Origin: a virus
Taxonomy: Duplodnaviria > Heunggongvirae > Uroviricota > Caudoviricetes
DNA length: 4,341 bases
Virus record (IMG/VR): IMGVR_UViG_2602041905_000015
Reading direction: 5' to 3' (one strand)
Part shown: piece after piece, positions 1-4,341 of the stretch
How the letters are laid out: each line of letters opens with the position of its first letter
Numbering within the stretch: the first letter of the stretch is position 1
Notes under the pieces: generated by a model
Database searches by the model: none
What the model saw: only the letters and a program-made list of their open reading frames with translations
What the model was told of the DNA's origin: nothing
Made by a program: the position numbers and the translations under genes

Positions 1-2
1 TG

Positions 3-163
3 ATGCCGGATGATGGTGCGCCGTTCCGCTACAGCTTCAGCGCCCTGAAAGACCGCCATAATGCTAAAAAAAAAACCGGTATGGAACGGGCAGACGCTGG
101 GGAGACGGCGACAGAGCTTGTGGAGGACACGCAGGCCATTGCCCGTTACGGTCGTAACGTCAC
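3..163 (+). CDS. J: Redundant J fragment (frame 0) with a 36-nt non-canonical block and A10 tract
   Basis: Translates to …DDGAPFRYSFSALKDRHNA-KKKTGMERADAG-ETATELVEDTQAIARYGRNV. Flanks match J, but nt 66-101 replace the VEVNWIDPDNG(W) block that appears in the second copy at 223-255. Ends at an N-run. Confidence 0.6.
17..65 (+). repeat. 49-bp direct repeat, copy 1 (identical to 174-222)
   Basis: tgcgccgttccgctacagcttcagcgccctgaaagaccgccataatgct occurs at 17-65 and again at 174-222, read directly from the sequence. Confidence 0.9.
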
Positions 164-173
164 NNNNNNNNNN
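164..173. other. N-run (10 nt): gap or masked placeholder
   Basis: Ten consecutive N; the reading frame changes across it. Confidence 0.95.
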
Positions 174-222
174 TGCGCCGTTCCGCTACAGCTTCAGCGC
201 CCTGAAAGACCGCCATAATGCT
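174..222 (+). repeat. 49-bp direct repeat, copy 2 (identical to 17-65)
   Basis: Same 49-mer as 17-65, placed immediately after the N-run 164-173. Confidence 0.9.
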
Positions 223-255
223 GTTGAGGTGAACTGGATTGACCCGGATAACGGC
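175..255 (+). CDS. J: Second overlapping J fragment (frame 1): APFRYSFSALKDRHNAVEVNWIDPDNG
   Basis: nt 174-222 are identical to nt 17-65; the fragment continues with the canonical-looking J sequence and is bounded by N-runs on both sides. It sits in a different frame from both the 3..163 fragment and the main J body. Confidence 0.7.
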
Positions 256-265
256 NNNNNNNNNN
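256..265. other. N-run (10 nt): placeholder hiding about 137 nt of J
   Basis: Upstream J sequence ends at …DPDNG and downstream resumes at LLETQ. The intervening J segment, as I recall it from lambda, is about 46 codons and includes ETATELVEDTQAIARYGRNV, which in this window appears misplaced at 101-163. Confidence 0.8.
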
Positions 266-2318
266 ACTGCTGGAGACGCAGACCGTGGATTTCAGCGTGG
301 GTGCTGAAGGGCTTCGCCATGTACCGGGCGATGTCATTGAAATCTGCGATGATGACTATGCCGGTATCAGCACCGGTGGTCGCGTGCTGGCGGTGAACAG
401 CCAGACCCGGACGCTGACGCTCGACCGTGAAATCACGCTGCCATCCTCCGGTACCACGCTGATAAGCCTGGTTGACGGTCAGGGTAATCCGGTCAGCGTG
501 GAGGTCCAGTCCGTCACCGACGGCGTGAAGGTGAAAGTGAGCCGTGTTCCTGACGGCGTTGCAGAATACAGCGTGTGGGGGCTGAAGCTGCCGACGCTGC
601 GCCAGCGCCTGTTCCGCTGCGTGAGTATCCGTGAGAACGATGACGGCACGTATGCCATCACCGCCGTGCAGCATGTACCGGAGAAAGAAGCCATCGTGGA
701 TAACGGGGCGCACTTTGACGGTGACCAGAGCGGCACGGTGAATGGTGTCACGCCGCCAGCAGTGCAGCACCTGACCGCCGAAGTCACTGCAGACAGCGGG
801 GAATATCAGGTGCTGGCGCGATGGGACACACCGAAGGTGGTGAAGGGCGTGAGCTTCCTGCTCCGTCTGACCGTAACAGCGGACGACGGCAGTGAGCGAC
901 TGGTCAGCACGGCCCGGACGACGGAAACCACATACCGCTTCACGCAACTGGCGCTGGGGAACTACAGGCTGACAGTCCGGGCGGTAAATGCCCGGGGGCA
1001 GCAGGGCGATCCGGCGTCGGTATCGTTCCGGATTGCCGCACCGGCAGCACCGTCGAGGATTGAGCTGACGCCGGGCTATTTTCAGATAACCGCCACGCCG
1101 CATCTTGCTGTTTATGACCCGACGGTACAGTTTGAGTTCTGGTTCTCGGAAAAGCGGATTACCGATATCAGGCAGGTTGAAACCACAGCCCGCTATCTTG
1201 GTACGGCGCTGTACTGGATAGCCGCCAGTATCAATATCAAACCGGGCCATGATTATTATTTTTACGTTCGCAGTGTGAACACCGTTGGCAAATCGGCATT
1301 CGTGGAGGCTGTCGGTCGGGCGAGCGATGATGCGGAAGGTTACCTGGATTTTTTCAAAGGAGAAATCGGGAAAACACATCTGGCCCAGGAGTTGTGGACG
1401 CAGATTGATAACGGTCAGCTTGCGCCGGACCTGGCTGAAATCAGGACGTCCATTACGAATGTCAGCAATGAAATCACGCAGACCGTCAATAAAAAACTGG
1501 AAGACCAGAGTGCGGCAATCCAGCAGATACAGAAAGTTCAGGTTGATACAAATAATAACCTGAACAGCATGTGGGCCGTGAAACTGCAGCAGATGAAGGA
1601 CGGACGCCTTTATATTGCGGGTATCGGAGCCGGTATTGAGAATACGCCAGCAGGTATGCAGAGTCAGGTGCTTCTGGCTGCTGACCGGATTGCGATGATT
1701 AATCCTGCGAATGGCAACACAAAGCCGATGTTTGTTGGTCAGGGCGATCAGATATTCATGAACGACGTGTTCCTGAAACGCCTGACGGCTCCGACCATTA
1801 CCAGCGGCGGTAATCCTCCGGCATTTTCCCTGACACCGGACGGGCGGCTGACGGCGAAAAATGCCGATATCAGCGGTAACGTGAATGCGAACTCCGGGAC
1901 GCTCAACAACNNNNNNNNNNNNNNNNNNNNAGCTTTCCCCCGGGACTCCCGTGCACCGGAACGGTGGCCATCAGGGACCATCACCGTCAGGGTTTATGAC
2001 GATCAGCCGTTTGACCGGCAGATTGTTATTCCGGCGGTGGCATTCAGCGGCGCTAAACATGAGCGGGAGAATAACGATATTTATTCGTCATGCCGCCTGA
2101 TAGTACGGAAAAACGGTGCTGAAATTTATAACCGTACCGCGCTGGATAATACGCTGATTTACAGTGGTGTTATTGATATGCCAGCTGGTCGCGGCCACAT
2201 GACGCTGGAGTTTTCGGTGTCAGCATGGCTGGTGAATAACTGGTATCCCACAGCAAGTATCAGCGATTTGCTGGTTGTGGTGATGAAGAAAGCCACCGCA
2301 GGCATCAGTATCAGCTGA
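266..2318 (+). CDS. J: Tail tip host-specificity protein J, C-terminal portion (5'-partial; interrupted by N-run 1911-1930)
   Basis: Continuous frame from 267 (ctg ctg gag acg cag = LLETQ) to TGA at 2316-2318, matching track ORF 285..2318. Translation (…[56 protein letters not shown]…, later …[39 protein letters not shown]…IDMPAGRG…) matches phage lambda gpJ as I recall it, including the fibronectin-III-like middle region. Frame is the same on both sides of the 20-N run. Followed by a hairpin plus T-run. Confidence 0.93.
1911..1930. other. N-run (20 nt) inside the J C-terminal region
   Basis: Twenty N between …NANSGTLNN and [16 protein letters not shown]…; the window-coordinate frame is preserved, so the true length must be 2 mod 3. 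Confidence 0.9.
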
Positions 2319-2337
2319 ATTTTATAACCCATATACG

Positions 2338-2361
2338 GGCGCCAGAAATGGCGCCTTTTTT
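2338..2361 (+). terminator. Rho-independent terminator-like hairpin downstream of J
   Basis: ggcgcc (2338-2343), loop agaaat, ggcgcc (2350-2355), then tttttt (2356-2361), starting 20 nt after the J stop codon. Confidence 0.6.
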
Positions 2362-2374
2362 ATTGCAGAAAAGC

Positions 2375-2380
2375 GAGAGG
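2375..2380 (+). promoter_or_regulatory. Shine-Dalgarno sequence for lom
   Basis: gagagg lies 5 nt upstream of the ATG at 2386. Confidence 0.6.
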
Positions 2381-2385
2381 TAATT

Positions 2386-2985
2386 ATGCGTAAAGTTTGT
2401 GCAGTCATTTTGTCCGCAGCCATCTGTCTGTCCGTATCCGGTGCGCCTGCATGGGCGTCTGAACATCAGTCCACACTGAGCGCGGGGTATCTTCATGCCC
2501 GTACGAACGCTCCCGGCAGCGATAATCTGAACGGGATTAACGTGAAATACCGTTATGAGTTTACGGACGCGCTGGGGCTGATTACGTCCTTCAGTTATGC
2601 CAATGCTGAGGATGAGCAAAAAACGCACTACAGCGATACCCGCTGGCATGAAGATTCCGTGCGTAACCGCTGGTTCAGCGTGATGGCGGGGCCGTCTGTA
2701 CGCGTGAATGAATGGTTCAGCGCGTATTCGATGGCGGGTGTGGCTTACAGCCGTGTGTCGACTTTCTCCGGGGATTATCTCCGCGTAACTGACAACAAGG
2801 GGAAAACGCACGATGTGCTGACCGGAAGTGATGACGGTCGCCACAGCAACACGTCTCTGGCGTGGGGGGCTGGCGTGCAGTTTAACCCGACCGAATCCGT
2901 GACCATTGACCTTGCTTATGAAGGTTCCGGTAGTGGCGACTGGCGAACGGATGCATTTATTGTTGGTATCGGATACCGTTTCTGA
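2386..2985 (+). CDS. lom: Outer membrane protein Lom (Ail/Lom/PagC-family 8-stranded beta-barrel), 199 aa
   Basis: ATG at 2386 with SD; TGA at 2983-2985. N-terminal signal peptide MRKVCAVILSAAICLSVSGAPAWA with an AWA-SE cleavage motif; C-terminus ends …IVGIGYRF with a terminal aromatic typical of OM beta-barrels. Sequence is near-identical to lambda Lom as I recall it. Position between J and stf matches lambda gene order. Confidence 0.93.
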   Translation: MRKVCAVILSAAICLSVSGAPAWASEHQSTLSAGYLHARTNAPGSDNLNGINVKYRYEFTDALGLITSFSYANAEDEQKTHYSDTRWHEDSVRNRWFSVMAGPSVRVNEWFSAYSMAGVAYSRVSTFSGDYLRVTDNKGKTHDVLTGSDDGRHSNTSLAWGAGVQFNPTESVTIDLAYEGSGSGDWRTDAFIVGIGYRF

Positions 2986-3090
2986 CAACAGACGCCGATT
3001 TATCTTCTGTAAATATTGTTATGATACGCAGGTTCATCCACTTTATGGGGTGAACTGCGTTTGAGGAAACGTAAAGTTACACTGTCCTGA

Positions 3091-3123
3091 AGCCCGTGGC
3101 GTCACTGCTGCGGGCTTTTTTTA
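3091..3123 (+). terminator. Rho-independent terminator-like hairpin downstream of lom
   Basis: agcccg (3091-3096) pairs with cgggct (3111-3116) across a 14-nt loop, followed by ttttttt (3117-3123). Confidence 0.55.
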
Positions 3124-3136
3124 TTGGTGGAAAAGT

Positions 3137-4341
3137 ATGACAGTAAAAATTTCTGGCGTGCTTAAAGATGGCACAGGAAAACCAGTACAGAACTGCACCA
3201 TTGTGCTGAAGGCCAGACGAACCAGCAGCACGGTGGTGGTGAACACGGTGGCCTCTGAAAATCCGGATGAAGCCGGACGTTACAGCATGGATGTTGAGCA
3301 TGGTCAGTACAGCGTCACCCTGCTGGTTGAAGGTTTTCCGCCTTCACATGCCGGGACCATTACCGTCTATGAAGGTTCCAGACCAGGTACGCTGAATGAT
3401 TTTCTCGGTGCCATGACGGAGGATGATGTCCGACCGGAGGCACTGCGCCGCTTTGAGCAGATGGTGGAAGAGGTGTCACGTAACGCCTCCGCGGTTGCAC
3501 AGAATACGGCAGCCGCGAAAAAATCAGCCAGCGATGCCAGTGCATCAGCCAGCGAGGCGGCAACTCATGCAACCGATGCTGCAGCCTCAGCACGTGCCGC
3601 CAGCACGTCAGCCGGACAGGCCGCGTCGTCGGCTCAGTCAGCGTCTTCCAGCGCAGGAACGGCATCGACAAAGGCCCGTGAAGCAGCAAAAAGTGCTGCT
3701 GCTGCAGAGTCATCAAAAAGCGCGGCAGCTACCAGCGCCAGTGCCGCGAAAACGTCAGAAACGAATGCCGCAGCGTCACAACAATCAGCAGCCACTTCTG
3801 CATCCACCGCGACCACGAAAGCGTCAGAAGCAGCCACTTCAGCACGGGATGCGTCGGCTTCAAAAGAGGCGGCAAAATCATCAGAAACGAACGCAGCCTC
3901 GAGCNNNNNNNNNNTCCTCGGCAACGGCGGCAGCAAATTCTGCGAAGGCGGCAAAAACGTCCGAGACGAACGCCAGGTCTTCTGAAACGGCAGCGGGACA
4001 GAGCGCCTCAGCTGCGGCAGACTCAAAAACAGCGGCTGCATTATCTGCCAGTGCCGCGTCAACAAGTGCCGGGCAGGCCTCAGCCAGTGCCACCGCCGCC
4101 GGAAAATCGGCAGAAAGTGCTGCATCGTCTGCTTCAACAGCCACAACGAAGGCTGGCGAAGCCGCTGTACAGGCCAGCGCAGCAGCGAGGTCTGCTTCCG
4201 CAGCGAAGACATCCAAGACGAACGCGAAAGCGTCGGAAACCAGCGCAGAATCCTCAAAAACGGCTGCCGCATCGTCCGCCAGTTCGGCGGCGTCATCGGC
4301 ATCATCTGCGTCTGCTTCAAAAGATGAGGCGACCAGACAGG
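3137..4341 (+). CDS. stf: Side tail fibre protein Stf, N-terminal portion (3'-partial at window end; N-run 3905-3914 with apparent frame change)
   Basis: ATG at 3137 preceded by ggtgg (3126-3130). Translation MTVKISGVLKDGTGKPVQNCTIVLKARR…GRYSMDVEHGQYSVTLLVEGFPPSHAGTITVYEGSRPGTLNDFL… matches the N-terminus of lambda Stf (orf-401) as I recall it. It continues into a long Ala/Ser/Thr-rich low-complexity region with recurring AAK[ST]SETNA motifs. After the N-run the coding frame continues in window frame 0 (tcc tcg gca acg… = SSATAAANSAKAAKTSETNARSSETAAGQ…) with no stop to the window end. The track's stop at 3985 comes from reading the pre-gap frame across a placeholder gap. Confidence 0.88.
3480..4341 (+). 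repeat. Degenerate periodic coding repeats (Ala/Ser-rich) within stf
   Basis: K[ST]S[EK]TNA motifs at 3749-3769, 3875-3895, 3954-3974 and 4206-4226. Spacing is 126 nt between the first two and 252 nt between the last two, giving a period of about 42 codons. Strong GCN/AGC/TCN codon bias. Confidence 0.7.
3905..3914. other. N-run (10 nt) inside the stf repeat region
   Basis: Ten N; the stf frame shifts from window frame 2 to frame 0 across it, so the true gap length must be 0 mod 3. Confidence 0.9.

Noticed and set aside
66-75. A10 homopolymer as a slipped-strand phase-variation tract in J
   Set aside because: It occurs only in the redundant fragment with the non-canonical 36-nt block, and the second copy of the same region lacks it; more likely an assembly or read artefact than a contingency locus. 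Flagged in findings for read-level verification.
66-101. 36-nt same-length substitution as a diversity-generating retroelement variable region
   Set aside because: No reverse transcriptase, template repeat or adenine-specific substitution pattern is visible in the window; the change is a block replacement, not A-site mutagenesis.
61-396. 111-aa + strand ORF and the 3..218 ORF from the track
   Set aside because: Both are chimeras that read through N-run placeholders and mix frames of the redundant J fragments; they are not real genes as drawn. The J fragments are reported separately.
479-787. 102-aa minus-strand ORF
   Set aside because: Antisense to the J fibronectin-III-like region; no start context; shadow ORF.
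186-1379. 397-aa ORF on the minus strand
   Set aside because: Fully antisense to the well-supported J coding frame; Arg/Pro/Cys-rich low-complexity translation typical of a shadow ORF in GC-rich coding DNA; spans an N-run; no SD or start context.
1285-1563. 92-aa + strand ORF in an alternative frame
   Set aside because: Lies entirely inside J in a different frame; Arg/Lys/Ser-rich with no homology signal; J coding in frame 0 is far better supported.
2362-2385. Promoter for lom between the upstream T-run and the lom ATG
   Set aside because: Only 24 nt are available, which cannot hold -35/-10 elements plus a 5' UTR; only the SD is supportable here.
2311-2988. 225-aa ORF on the minus strand
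   Set aside because: Exactly antisense to lom, which has a signal peptide, SD and near-identity to a known protein; the antisense product has no recognisable features.
3634-4320. 228-aa and 111-aa (3881-4216) ORFs on the minus strand
   Set aside because: Antisense shadows of the Ala/Ser-rich stf repeat region (GCN-rich codons read as GC-rich reverse frames); they span an N-run and start mid-repeat.
3480-4341. Periodic repeats as a possible CRISPR array
   Set aside because: Repeats are degenerate, about 126 nt apart, in frame within an uninterrupted coding sequence, and encode a conserved peptide motif; this is a protein-level repeat, not repeat-spacer architecture.

Overview
This window is the distal tail region of a lambda-like (lambdoid) phage or prophage, all on the + strand: the 3' two-thirds of the host-specificity tail-tip gene J, then lom, then the 5' part of the side tail fibre gene stf, which runs off the window end. 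Identifications rest on my reading of the translations and recollection of phage lambda proteins; no database search was run. Four N-runs (164-173, 256-265, 1911-1930, 3905-3914) interrupt the sequence, and codon-phase arithmetic shows they are fixed-length placeholders, not true gap sizes. The first 265 nt are not colinear: two overlapping versions of the same J segment are joined by N spacers, one carrying an A10 tract and a 36-nt substituted block. I see no new biological system here; the points worth a second look are the 5' assembly anomaly, the divergent J C-terminal region (the likely receptor-binding part), the terminator-flanked lom cargo gene, and the periodic Ala/Ser-rich stf repeats. 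All minus-strand ORFs in the track look like antisense shadows.
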